Assembly: GCA_902780865.1 (NCBI GenBank)
Contig: CACZHC010000008.1
Location: 1-60,884 of the forward strand
Source: an uncultured bacterium
GTDB lineage: Bacteria; Verrucomicrobiota; Kiritimatiellia; RFP12; UBA1067
Reading direction: 5' to 3'
DNA: 60,884 nt
Shown here in pieces: positions 1 through 9,118 of the stretch. Made by a program: the position numbers and the translations under genes. Each line of letters begins with the position of its first letter. Position 1 is the first letter of the stretch. Under the pieces are notes generated by a model. It saw only the letters and a program-made list of their open reading frames with translations. It was not told the DNA's origin and did not search any database.

Positions 1-1824
1 GACTACTACGACTGCCTGATCAACACGATGGCCGATTTCCTCCTCGAGATGGCGGACGCGGCGAAGCAGGCGTTCCCGGGACGCCTTGTCGGCGCCTACT
101 ACGGCTATCTCTACGACGACCATCCGCCGGAGGGCGCGACGTCGCTTCTCGACAAGGTCCTCTCGAGCCCGAACGTCGACATCCTTTCCTGCCCCGCGTA
201 CTACAGCAAGGACGGGCGCCGCGCGGGCGGCAGCTATGTGACGCGGACGATTCCGTCGCTCTTCCGCCGCTACGGCAAGCTTGCGCTCCTCGAGGACGAC
301 AGCCGCTTCCACCACATCCGTGACTGGCTGCAGAGCCAGAACGACGGGCAGGGCATGTGCACGGAGACACCGCGCGAGACGGAGATGTGCATGCGCCGCA
401 ACATGCTCAACCCGTTCTTCGACGGCGGCGGCATCCAGCTCAACGATCCGATCACGCAGTCCGGCTCGCGTCCGCACGCCTTCGACGATCCTGCCGTGTT
501 CCGGGCGATAACGGACACGCGTGCCGCGCTCGTGAAGGCGGGGAACGCGCCGGCCGAATCAGGCAACGAGGTTGCGGTCATCTTCAGTACGCGCGAGGCC
601 ATCCGCCGCGACGGCGGCAAGGCGTCGTACTTCACCTGGAACCTCTACCAGACCTCGCTTCTCTACTTGAACCGCTCGGGCATTCCGTTCGACCTTCTTT
701 CCCTCGAGGACTACATCGACAACCCCCGCGACTACAAGGTCGTCATGTTCCTTAACGCATTTTATCTCACGCCCGACGAACGCAGAGCGCTTGTTCAGAG
801 GACACGCAGGCCTGGCATGACGGCGATCTGGATCGGTCCCGCGGGCGGCGTGACGGACAACGGTTTCGACGACGCGGCGATGTCGGCGCTCACTGGCGTT
901 ACCGCGACCGGCGTCGCGCGCCGTTCGACCATCGTCTGTTCAGATTCCGCGGCGAGTCGGTACTACACGGCTCACGGCCTTTACTACGTGAAGACTCTCG
1001 ACGGCGGGGCGCGCAGCATCATCGTGCCCGAGATGCCGGCGGGTTCCGACGGTTCCGGTCCCGGAGAGTACGCGAAGATCCTGAAGGCGGCAGGCGCCCA
1101 CCAGTACACGCCGGAGGGGAACTATATCCGCCGTCACGGCGACGTATATATGTACCACACGGGAACGAACGGAACGCACACGATCACGCTGCCTGACAAC
1201 GTCGTGAAGGTCCGCGAGCTCTTCACCGGTACGGAATACAACTCAAACGTGATCACGTTGCAATCCGACGGGCCGAACACATGGCTCTTCCGCGCGGCGA
1301 CAGCGGGCATCTGGCCGGTTGGCGACGACGTCATAGCGGCGCTGAATGCAGACGGAACACTTTCCATTGACGGAACGGGAGCAATGGATGATTTCGCCAC
1401 TGCGGCGGATCTGCCGTGGGATCCCTCGACGGTCAAGAGCGTAACGATTGGCGACGGCGTGGTTATCGGAGAGAATGCGCTGGCGGGGCTTCCCGACTCG
1501 GCGACGGTGAATGGCATGAACGTCGGGCAGTACAGAAAGCTCTTCGGCGGACTCGGGATGTCCGGTGTTCCCGAAGGATCGGTTGTCGTCTCGCGCACCG
1601 AGCTCGAGGCCGCGCAGGCGGCGACGCTTGAAATCGCCGACGGAACGGCGCTTCTCGGCATCAGCGTCTGCACCAATTCCGACCTCACTGCGCCAACTGC
1701 CACATGGGCTCCTGTTTCGTTCAGGAAGTCCGATCTCGAAGTCAGCGCAGACGGAACGAAGATACTTGCGCCGGTTCCAGCGAATGCGGAGAAGGGCTTC
1801 ATGGTCCTGCGTTCTGGCAACTGA
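1..1824 (+). CDS. 5'-truncated putative glycoside-hydrolase-like protein with LRR-like C-terminus (function uncertain)
   Basis: Frame 1 is open from nt 1 (DYYDCLINT precedes the first Met at 28), so the 5' end lies outside the window. The middle region (VAVIFS..GIPFDLLSLEDY..YKVVMF) resembles the GH42-type trimerisation/GATase-like domain. The C-terminal part has a BspA-like LRR signature (VKSVTIGDGVVIGENALAGL). Recognised by eye only. Confidence 0.45.
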   Translation, partial: DYYDCLINTMADFLLEMADAAKQAFPGRLVGAYYGYLYDDHPPEGATSLLDKVLSSPNVDILSCPAYYSKDGRRAGGSYVTRTIPSLFRRYGKLALLEDDSRFHHIRDWLQSQNDGQGMCTETPRETEMCMRRNMLNPFFDGGGIQLNDPITQSGSRPHAFDDPAVFRAITDTRAALVKAGNAPAESGNEVAVIFSTREAIRRDGGKASYFTWNLYQTSLLYLNRSGIPFDLLSLEDYIDNPRDYKVVMFLNAFYLTPDERRALVQRTRRPGMTAIWIGPAGGVTDNGFDDAAMSALTGVTATGVARRSTIVCSDSAASRYYTAHGLYYVKTLDGGARSIIVPEMPAGSDGSGPGEYAKILKAAGAHQYTPEGNYIRRHGDVYMYHTGTNGTHTITLPDNVVKVRELFTGTEYNSNVITLQSDGPNTWLFRAATAGIWPVGDDVIAALNADGTLSIDGTGAMDDFATAADLPWDPSTVKSVTIGDGVVIGENALAGLPDSATVNGMNVGQYRKLFGGLGMSGVPEGSVVVSRTELEAAQAATLEIADGTALLGISVCTNSDLTAPTATWAPVSFRKSDLEVSADGTKILAPVPANAEKGFMVLRSGN

Positions 1825-1953
1825 ATCTTGGGCATTATGCGTAATAATTTTTCCCAAGTATGTCGAGGTGCACTTGTAAGCTCAGCGGATATGTGTTAAA
1901 ATCTCTCCATCCACTAATTAAAGGAGTCATTCCTCGCGGAATGTAGTCGCCAT

Positions 1954-3411
1954 ATGAAAGCAAACATGAATCGTCGTGATTTCCTCAAGGGAACTGCCTG
2001 GATGGGCGCTGCGGCCATGGCCGCCGGCTGCCAGATGAACCGCTTCGGCTTCGGCCAGGGCGGACAGATGCAGGACTACGCATACCAGAAACTCAAGGGC
2101 AGAAACGTCCGCGTCGGCTTTATCGGCGTGGGGCAGCGCGGCACTGCTGCCGTCCATCGCGTTTCGATGATTCCCGGCGTCGAGATCGTCGCGCTCTGCG
2201 ACAAGAACCCTGCCGCGGTAGAGCGCAATCTCAAGTGGCTCGCCGACAGCAAGTACAAGATCGTTCCGAAGAAGTATGTCGGCGACGAGGCGTACAAGGA
2301 GCTCTGCGACTTCGGCGAGTGCGACGTCGTGTACTGCGCGACGCCCTGGGCGCTCCACCAGCCGGTCGCCTTGCGCGGACTTCTCGGCGGCAAGGTCGCT
2401 CTCGTCGAGGTCACGAGCGCGCTTACGGTCGACGAGTGCTGGGAGCTCGTCGAGGCCTCGGAGAAGTGGCAGATCCCCTGCATGCAGCTCGAAAACTGCG
2501 TGTACGGCGAGATCGAACTCCTCGAGCTCAACCTCGCGCGCCTCGGGATGTTCGGTCAGATCAACCACGTTGAGGGCGCGTACATCCACGACCTCCGCGA
2601 GATCATACCGTCGGTCAACAACAACATGAACCTCGAGTACCAGTGGCGCTACGACGAGAACATGGCCCACAAGGGCGACCGCTACCCGACGCACGGGCTC
2701 GTGCCGCTCTGCCAGACCCTCGGCGTCAACCGCGGCGACCGCCTCGACTACCTCGTCTCGCTTGGCAGCAACGACTACTCGGTGAACTACGAGTACTTCA
2801 AGAAGGAGTACCTGCCTGACTCCGATCCGCGCAAGAAGGACCCGCCCGCGGCGATGAACGACATGACGACGACGCTCTTCAAGACGGTGAACGGCGTCTC
2901 CATCATGCTGCAGCACGACGTCAGCTCGCCTCGCCCGTACAACCGCCGCGCGCTCATCTCCGGCACGAAGGGCATAATGGCGGACTATCCGTTCCGCTGC
3001 GCGTTCGAGGACAAGTGCTTCGACCGCAAGGCGCACAGCTGGTACTCCGCCGCTGATGCCGACAAGGTGCGCACGAAGTACATGCACCCGATGTGGCGCG
3101 ACGTCTCGGACATGGCGAAGAAGGTCGGCGGCCACGGCGGTATGGACTTCATCATGGACCTCCGCTGGGCGTGGTGCCTGCAGAACGGCGAGCCGCTCGA
3201 CATGGACGTATACGACCTCGCTGCGACGAGCTGTGTCTGCGAGCTTACCGAAACTTCCATCCGGAAGGGCTCGAAGCCGGTGTCGATCCCCGACTTCACC
3301 CGCGGCAACTGGAGGAACGTCAAGCCCTGGGGAGTCGTGAATGTCGACCTCAAGAAAATGGGCCTCGATTCCGGCGGAGTCAAGAAGGATGACGCGGCGC
3401 TAAGCGTCTGA
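1954..3411 (+). CDS. Gfo/Idh/MocA-family NAD-dependent oxidoreductase/glycosidase (GH109-like) with Tat signal
   Basis: Twin-arginine signal (NRRDFLKGTAWMGAAAMAAGC), Rossmann motif VRVGFIGVGQRG, and a size (485 aa) and layout typical of GH109-type enzymes. An alternative start lies at 1966. Confidence 0.75.
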   Translation: MKANMNRRDFLKGTAWMGAAAMAAGCQMNRFGFGQGGQMQDYAYQKLKGRNVRVGFIGVGQRGTAAVHRVSMIPGVEIVALCDKNPAAVERNLKWLADSKYKIVPKKYVGDEAYKELCDFGECDVVYCATPWALHQPVALRGLLGGKVALVEVTSALTVDECWELVEASEKWQIPCMQLENCVYGEIELLELNLARLGMFGQINHVEGAYIHDLREIIPSVNNNMNLEYQWRYDENMAHKGDRYPTHGLVPLCQTLGVNRGDRLDYLVSLGSNDYSVNYEYFKKEYLPDSDPRKKDPPAAMNDMTTTLFKTVNGVSIMLQHDVSSPRPYNRRALISGTKGIMADYPFRCAFEDKCFDRKAHSWYSAADADKVRTKYMHPMWRDVSDMAKKVGGHGGMDFIMDLRWAWCLQNGEPLDMDVYDLAATSCVCELTETSIRKGSKPVSIPDFTRGNWRNVKPWGVVNVDLKKMGLDSGGVKKDDAALSV

Positions 3412-3437
3412 TTCCGGGAAGTCGAACGACAAATAGA

Positions 3438-3474
3438 ATGCAGCCCCAGCTTCGCGGCGGGGCTGCATTTTCTT
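3438..3474 (+). terminator. Intrinsic terminator after the GH109-like gene
   Basis: A 10-bp perfect stem, ATGCAGCCCC (3438-3447) paired with GGGGCTGCAT (3459-3468), is followed by TTTCTT. Confidence 0.7.
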
Positions 3475-3493
3475 GCTTCGCCACCTTGTCGTT

Positions 3494-3530
3494 TTCTGCT
3501 GCCCCGCAGGCACAGAAAATATGATATAAT
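3494..3530 (+). promoter_or_regulatory. Extended -10 promoter with an upstream inverted repeat (candidate operator)
   Basis: TGATATAAT lies at 3522-3530, 34 nt before the ATG at 3564. An imperfect inverted repeat, TTCTGCTGCC (3494-3503) and GGCACAGAA (3509-3517), sits where a -35 element would be. Confidence 0.45.
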
Positions 3531-3563
3531 ATACAAATTCTGTCAAAGTAGGGCAAAGAAGAG

Positions 3564-5846
3564 ATGAGCGAAGAGGCGGAGAAGAATCTGATCGAAATGG
3601 CCGCGCGCATACGCGAAATGCGCGAGATCATCGGGTATTCTGTTGAGCAGATGGCGGAGAAGACCGAAGTCTCCGTCGAGGACTACAAGGCGGTCGAGGC
3701 GGGGAAGCTCGACCCGACATTCAACTTTCTCCACCAGTGCGCGATTACCTTTGGTGTCGACATCAACGCGCTTTTGAAGGGCCATAGCGCCCACCTTTCC
3801 GGCTACGAAGTGACGCGCGCGGGGCAGGGGCCTCTTACGGCGCACGAGACGCACATGGACATCCGCAACCAGGCAGCGATGTTTCAGAACCGTCTCGGCA
3901 CTCCCTACTGGGTCACCTATAAGTACGACCCCGCGCTCATGGACAAGCCCATCTCCACGACGACCCATGCGGGGCAGGAGTTCGACATTGTCCTCAAGGG
4001 CTCGATGAAGATTCGCGTCGGCGAGCATATTGAGGAGCTTCACGAGGGCGACTCGATCTACTACCGCTCGTCCACGCCGCACGGCATGCTCGCGACCGAC
4101 CCAAACGGCGTCACGTTCCTCGCGATGGTGATGGCGGGAGAAGGCGGCGACACGCACCTCGGCCTCGAGACTGTGCGTCCGCGCCACGAGAAGGTGCCGC
4201 TTGTCGTCGACAAGTTCGTCGAGTGCGAAGAGAACGCGTCGGGCCATCTTGAGCACGTCAAGTTCAAGAATACCGAGTGCTTCAACTTCGCGTTCGACAT
4301 AATCGACGAAATCGCCAACCGCTATCCCGAAAAGCTTGCGCTCCTGCACGTTAGTGACCATTTTACCGAGCGCCGATTCACTTTCCGCGAGATAAGCGAC
4401 ATCTCGAACCAGATGGCGAACTACTTTAGGTCGGTCGGCATCGGGAAGGGCGACAAGGTTCTCTTCATCCTGAAGCGCCACTGGCAGTACTGGCCGGCGG
4501 TTCTCGCGCTCCACAAGGTCGGCGCGATAGTGATTCCCGCAGTGAGCCAGCTCAAGGACCACGATCTCGTCTACCGCTTCAAGGCGGCCGATGTGAAGGC
4601 ACTCGTCTGCACCGCCGACGGCGATGTTGCGCACGAGGCCGAGCTCGCGGAGGCCGAGATCGCGAAGGAGAAGCCCGGATACTCCCTCATCAAGATGATC
4701 GTCAACGGCGACCGCGAGGGTTGGAAGAGCTTCGACCGCGAATACGTCGGCTTCTCGCGCGTCTTTGGACGCGGGCCAGACGCTCCAGGCGGCAAAGACC
4801 CGATGCTCATGTTCTTCACGTCTGGCACGACCGGCTACCCCAAGATGGCGCTCCACAGCCACCTCTACGGCCTCGGCCACTTCGTGACCGCGAAGTACTG
4901 GCACCAGGTCGAGCGCGACGGGCTGCACCTAACGATTTCCGAGACGGGCTGGGCCAAGGCGAGCTGGGGCAAGCTCTACGGCCAGTGGATGTGCGAAGGG
5001 GCTCTTTTCGTCTACGACTTCGCCCGCTTCCACGCCGAGCAGATTCTCCCGATGTTCGCGAAGTACGGAATTACGACTTTCTGCGCTCCGCCGACGATGT
5101 ACCGCATGCTTATTAAAGAGGACATCTCGAAGTACGACTTCTCGTCGGTGCATCACGCGACTACGGCGGGTGAGGCGCTGAACCCCGAGGTGTTCACGCA
5201 GTTCAAGCGCGCGACTGGTCTTTCGATCTACGAGGGCTTCGGCCAGACGGAGACGACTTGTGCGCTCGGCACGCTCTTCGGCGACGAGATCAAGCCGGGC
5301 GCGATGGGTAAGCCGATTCCAGACTACGGCATCGACCTCGTCGACCCCGAGGGGCACTCCGTTCCAGCCGGCGAACACGGCGAGATCGTCGTCAGGACTC
5401 CGCGCTCGAACCCTCACCCCGGTATCTTCGTCGGCTACTACAAAGACGAGGAGAAGACGGCCGAGGCGTGGCGCCACGGATGCTACCACACTGGCGACCT
5501 CGCGTGGAAGGACGAGGACGGATATTACCACTATGTTGGCCGTGCGGACGACGTAATCAAGTCGTCGGGCTACCGCATCGGGCCGTTTGAGATCGAGAAC
5601 GTAATCATGGAACTCCCCTACGTCGTCGAGTGCGGCGTATCTGCCGCGCCCGATCCCGTGCGCGGACAGGTCGTAAAGGCGACGATCAAGCTCGTGAAGG
5701 GCAAGGAGGGGACCGAGGAGCTCAAGAAGGAGATTCAGGAGTACGTGAAGACCCACACGGCTCCCTACAAGTATCCTCGCATCGTCGTCTTCCGCGACGA
5801 GCTTCCGAAGACCGTCTCTGGCAAGATCCAGCGCAACAAGCTGTAA
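3564..5846 (+). CDS. Fusion protein: XRE-type HTH plus cupin (PuuR-like) N-terminus and AMP-forming acyl-CoA synthetase C-terminus
   Basis: The N-terminal ~190 aa has an HTH_3-like segment (IREMREIIGYSVEQMAEKTEVSVEDYKAVEAG) and a cupin-like segment (HAGQEFDIVLKGSMKIRVGEHIEELHEGDSIYY). The rest carries AMP-binding core motifs: FFTSGTTGYPKMALHSH, EGFGQTETT, YHTGDLAWKDEDGYYHYVGRADDVIKSSGYRIGPFEIE and TVSGKIQRNKL. Confidence 0.8.
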   Translation: MSEEAEKNLIEMAARIREMREIIGYSVEQMAEKTEVSVEDYKAVEAGKLDPTFNFLHQCAITFGVDINALLKGHSAHLSGYEVTRAGQGPLTAHETHMDIRNQAAMFQNRLGTPYWVTYKYDPALMDKPISTTTHAGQEFDIVLKGSMKIRVGEHIEELHEGDSIYYRSSTPHGMLATDPNGVTFLAMVMAGEGGDTHLGLETVRPRHEKVPLVVDKFVECEENASGHLEHVKFKNTECFNFAFDIIDEIANRYPEKLALLHVSDHFTERRFTFREISDISNQMANYFRSVGIGKGDKVLFILKRHWQYWPAVLALHKVGAIVIPAVSQLKDHDLVYRFKAADVKALVCTADGDVAHEAELAEAEIAKEKPGYSLIKMIVNGDREGWKSFDREYVGFSRVFGRGPDAPGGKDPMLMFFTSGTTGYPKMALHSHLYGLGHFVTAKYWHQVERDGLHLTISETGWAKASWGKLYGQWMCEGALFVYDFARFHAEQILPMFAKYGITTFCAPPTMYRMLIKEDISKYDFSSVHHATTAGEALNPEVFTQFKRATGLSIYEGFGQTETTCALGTLFGDEIKPGAMGKPIPDYGIDLVDPEGHSVPAGEHGEIVVRTPRSNPHPGIFVGYYKDEEKTAEAWRHGCYHTGDLAWKDEDGYYHYVGRADDVIKSSGYRIGPFEIENVIMELPYVVECGVSAAPDPVRGQVVKATIKLVKGKEGTEELKKEIQEYVKTHTAPYKYPRIVVFRDELPKTVSGKIQRNKL

Positions 5847-5850
5847 GACA

Positions 5851-7941
5851 ATGGAAAAGAAACGCTACCTCGGCATCGACATCGGCTCGACGACTTTCAA
5901 GGCCGTCCTCCTCGGCGAAGACGGCAAGGTGGAGCGCACTGTCTACAAGCGCACCCAGCCCATCGACTCGGGCAAAGTCGCCTGCACAGGCCATTGCTCG
6001 GGGTGCGGCGCTTGCGGCGGCGGCGCCTCGAAGCGCCTTGCGCTCGAGTTCTTGAAGGTTGCGGGAATAACTTCCTTCAAAGATGTCGCGGCGATTGTCG
6101 TGACGGGCAGCCAGATCGTCGAGGACACGCGCAAGTTCATTCCGTTCGACTTCCAGGTCAGCGAAGTGACGGCGCACGTTGCGGGCGCGAAGTTCCTCCA
6201 TCCCGACGTCGACGCCATCATCGACTGCGGCGGTCAGGACTCGAAGTGCATGGTGTACAACCCGACGATGAAGCTCTGGACGAGCATGATGTCGGGCGTT
6301 TGCGCCGCCGGAACGGGCAGCTTTCTCGACTCAGTCGCGGCAAAGCTCGGCGTCAAGATCGAGGACGTCGCGGACAAGGTCAACTACGATTCCGACACCG
6401 AGTTCAGCTCGGTCTGCGCCGTTCTTTCCGCGACGTCGATCAACAAGTTCAAGAACCGCGTTCCTATCGGCGACCTGCTCGCGGGTGCATGCAAGGCCCA
6501 GGCGCGCACGATCCTCAACTCCGTCGGCCAGCTCCTCCTTAACGCGCCTGGCCGCAAGATCCTTTTCCAAGGCGGCGTCGCGTTCAACAGCGCCGTTGCG
6601 TTCTTCCTCAAGAAGCTCACCGGCAGCGAGATCGTCATCCCGCAGTACCACGAGGTGATGGGGGCGCTCGGTGCCGCGGTCATCGCGCGCCAGCTCCACG
6701 ACCTCCGCGACGCCGGCAAGCTCGATCTCGCGAAGGTCGAGTACGAGCCGACGCGCGGCAAGTCAGTCCTGCTCAGAATCAAGTCGACGAAGCGCGATTT
6801 CTTCTCTACGGACAAGTCGAAGCCGCTCGTCTGGCGCAACCTCTTCTTCCCGACCGAGATCCTGAACGCGATGGACTGCCGTGTCCGCACGCTCGAGACG
6901 TACGCCGCGCTCTTCGGGCGCAAGGCCGACAAGGTCAAGGAAGCGCTTGGCAAGGCCGCGCAGAAGGGCTTTGACGGCCAGACTTGCTCGTTCCTCCGCA
7001 TGCTCGAGGGCATGGATCTCGAGAAGCCCGACTACATCGTCTCGACGATGCAGCCCTGCCAGCAGGCCGAGCGTGTGTTCGCCGACCTTGCGCGCGAATA
7101 CAAGATTCCTGATCGCCTCTACTCTCTCCAGACGCCGATCAACGGCCAGAGCCGCGCCGCGATCGAGACGATTGCCGACGGCCTTGCCGAGTCCGTCTCG
7201 CTTATGGAGAAGGCGTTTGGCCGCAAGCTCGACCAAGGCCGTCTCGAAGAGGCGTGTGTCCTCTCGAACGAGGCCGCAGAGCTCGCGCGTCAGTGCACGC
7301 ACCTCAGGTTTACGTCGCCGCCTCTCGTCCGCGGCAGCGAAGCGATCTACAACGCAATAGTGTTTTCGCAGCTCTGGGGTACACAAGATCTTGTGGATAT
7401 CCAGACGGCTTACCGCGACGAGCTCATACAGAAGAAGCTTTGGGCCGAGAAGCGCTACTCTATTGACGACACGCACCGTCTTCTCTGGCTTCATCTGCCG
7501 CCTTTCTACGACACGAAACACCTCACGTTCCTCGAGACGACGTGCAACGCTCCGATAGTATTTGAAGAGACGAATTTCGTCGGTTGGGAGCCGCTTGACC
7601 CGAAGGATCCCTACCGCTCGCTTGCCCGCAAGCTTCTTCAGTCGGGCTTCCTCGATCCAGCGCAGCGCGTTGAATACGTGAAGAAGGCGATTCCCGAAGG
7701 CAAGTTCAACGGCGTAGTTCTCTATACTCACGGCTTCGGGCGCTGCTCGCTCGCGGACCGCGCGTTTTCGAAACTCCTCCGCGAGACGCTTGATTCGATC
7801 GGATGTCCGCTCCTTGCGCTCGAGGGCGATTGCATGGACGCGTCCATCGATCCGTGCTCGACGGTTACGAAGATATCGTCGTTTGTCGAGGCGCTGAACC
7901 TCAGCCGCTACGGTAATATCTTCGGCAAAACCGCGCCATAA
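5851..7941 (+). CDS. Fusion protein: BadF/BadG/BcrA/BcrD-type ATPase (acyl-CoA dehydratase activase) plus 2-hydroxyacyl-CoA dehydratase D-component-like domain
   Basis: The N-terminus has YLGIDIGSTTFKAVLLGEDGKV, DCGGQDSKCMVY, VCAAGTGSFLD and FQGGVAFNSAV (activase/ASKHA fold), plus a Cys-rich insert CTGHCSGCGACGGG. The C-terminal ~380 aa shows the HGD-D pattern (FPTEILNAMDC.., TCSFLRM, LWLHLPPFYD, VLYTHGFGRCSLADR, LLALEGDCMDASIDPCS). The gene starts 5 nt after the upstream stop. Confidence 0.8.
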   Translation: MEKKRYLGIDIGSTTFKAVLLGEDGKVERTVYKRTQPIDSGKVACTGHCSGCGACGGGASKRLALEFLKVAGITSFKDVAAIVVTGSQIVEDTRKFIPFDFQVSEVTAHVAGAKFLHPDVDAIIDCGGQDSKCMVYNPTMKLWTSMMSGVCAAGTGSFLDSVAAKLGVKIEDVADKVNYDSDTEFSSVCAVLSATSINKFKNRVPIGDLLAGACKAQARTILNSVGQLLLNAPGRKILFQGGVAFNSAVAFFLKKLTGSEIVIPQYHEVMGALGAAVIARQLHDLRDAGKLDLAKVEYEPTRGKSVLLRIKSTKRDFFSTDKSKPLVWRNLFFPTEILNAMDCRVRTLETYAALFGRKADKVKEALGKAAQKGFDGQTCSFLRMLEGMDLEKPDYIVSTMQPCQQAERVFADLAREYKIPDRLYSLQTPINGQSRAAIETIADGLAESVSLMEKAFGRKLDQGRLEEACVLSNEAAELARQCTHLRFTSPPLVRGSEAIYNAIVFSQLWGTQDLVDIQTAYRDELIQKKLWAEKRYSIDDTHRLLWLHLPPFYDTKHLTFLETTCNAPIVFEETNFVGWEPLDPKDPYRSLARKLLQSGFLDPAQRVEYVKKAIPEGKFNGVVLYTHGFGRCSLADRAFSKLLRETLDSIGCPLLALEGDCMDASIDPCSTVTKISSFVEALNLSRYGNIFGKTAP

Positions 7942-8001
7942 CGTGTTTCATCGGCGCGTCGGAACTATTGCAAAAAAAATTAATTTTTTTCAAATACCCC
8001 C

Positions 8002-8031
8002 TTGACGCCTTCCCCCATATGGGGGTATAAT
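8002..8031 (+). promoter_or_regulatory. Near-consensus sigma70 promoter with a 14-bp perfect palindrome in the spacer
   Basis: TTGACG (8002-8007), an 18-nt spacer and TATAAT (8026-8031). The spacer contains CCCCCATATGGGGG (8012-8025), a perfect palindrome. A strong SD (AAGGAGG) precedes the ATG at 8062. Confidence 0.65.
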
Positions 8032-8061
8032 ATGTGCGAAAATCTTTTTAAGGAGGATTAG

Positions 8062-9096
8062 ATGAAAGCAAAGAAACTTATGGGGGTGATTGCGTGCGCG
8101 GGCGCGTGCGTGTCTCTTTCCGCTCTTGCTAACACTACTAATGGCTGGTTCGGCGTGTCGGTCAATGACACTGCGGTCAATGCTGGGTCTTGCTCGGTGA
8201 CGACAAACAGTGTCGCAGTCACTTCGACCGAAACTGCGGGCAAGATTGTGCTCGATAATGATATTGAGTCAGCGCTGACGATTGCTCCAGTCGCGGGAAC
8301 TGCCGCGCTGAGCGACGGTCTCGTTACCATAACTTCTACGGCCGTCCTCACGCCGAGCGATGCTTCTGAGCTGGGTGCTGTAACTGGCGGCGCTCAAGCG
8401 GGTTTCGCCGTGGCGGTTGACGGCAATGAAACCAACTTCTACGGCTATGCGTCGGCTGGCGGCGAGGGCGGCGCGCCTGACTGGATCCAGTTCACCACCG
8501 GGCCTGCCAATCCAGAGGAGGCTACGACGTTCACCATCGCCATCAACTACAGGGACAAGAAGGTCAGTTTCTATAACGGCACAACTCTTCTTGTTGATGA
8601 CGAGTCGCATTCGGAGTTCTCTATTTCCAACGAGTTCGCGAATCTGTCCAACGTTGCGGCATACGGCTCTGGCTCGATCAGCTCCGTCACGAGCCAGTAC
8701 GAAGTCGCGGTTGCGGCGTATGGAGACAATAAGTATGGTTCCGGTGCTGAAGCTGTCAAGGCGAAAGGCAGTGGCGCCGGTGAAATTAAGGATATCGCCT
8801 CGGATGGGTCTATCGCGGAAAATCCGCTGGCAGCAAATGGACTTTACGCGTGGGAGTGCGATGTTCTTGGTGTCGCGAAAGATGCCAAGGTTCCGTTCAA
8901 GCCTGCGGCGACGGTCAATGGGAGCATAACGCTTCAGATCGCCTCTGAAATCGAGGAGGGAATTGCCGCGACATTCAAGGTTTCGGGAGATAATGGCGAG
9001 ACGTGGAGTGAATCGTATCCATCAGGTGCCATTCAGATTCCTCAAGCGCAGGGGAAGTACCTGATCAAGCCCGATCAGATCACGGTCGCTCAGTAA
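8062..9096 (+). CDS. Secreted protein of unknown family (P1)
   Basis: Strong SD (AAGGAGG) and a signal peptide (MKAKKLMGVIACAGACVSLSALA). The protein is Thr/Ser/Ala/Gly-rich and beta-rich. I recognise no enzymatic motif. Confidence 0.75.
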   Translation: MKAKKLMGVIACAGACVSLSALANTTNGWFGVSVNDTAVNAGSCSVTTNSVAVTSTETAGKIVLDNDIESALTIAPVAGTAALSDGLVTITSTAVLTPSDASELGAVTGGAQAGFAVAVDGNETNFYGYASAGGEGGAPDWIQFTTGPANPEEATTFTIAINYRDKKVSFYNGTTLLVDDESHSEFSISNEFANLSNVAAYGSGSISSVTSQYEVAVAAYGDNKYGSGAEAVKAKGSGAGEIKDIASDGSIAENPLAANGLYAWECDVLGVAKDAKVPFKPAATVNGSITLQIASEIEEGIAATFKVSGDNGETWSESYPSGAIQIPQAQGKYLIKPDQITVAQ

Positions 9097-9118
9097 CCTC
9101 TTAACAAGGAAGCAGAAA

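Noticed and set aside
1927-3135. 402-aa minus-strand ORF opposite the GH109-like gene. Similar long antisense or alternate-frame ORFs include 3543-4928(-), 4929-5756(-), 6763-7731(-), 11889-12860(-), 33189-34706(-), 34887-35912(-), 35713-36696(-), 51108-52103(-), 52554-53486(-) and 57812-59020(-)
   Set aside because: Each overlaps a + strand ORF with clear family motifs. All are Arg/His/Val/Asp-rich, lack SD sequences and show no motifs. I treat them as GC-driven artefacts.
7968-7993. AT-rich near-palindrome TTGCAAAAAAAATTAATTTTTTTCAA, considered as a terminator for the activase-dehydratase gene
   Set aside because: An all-A/T stem would be very weak as a terminator hairpin. Its position just upstream of the -35 at 8002 fits an UP element or curved DNA better. 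It is mentioned under the promoter finding only.
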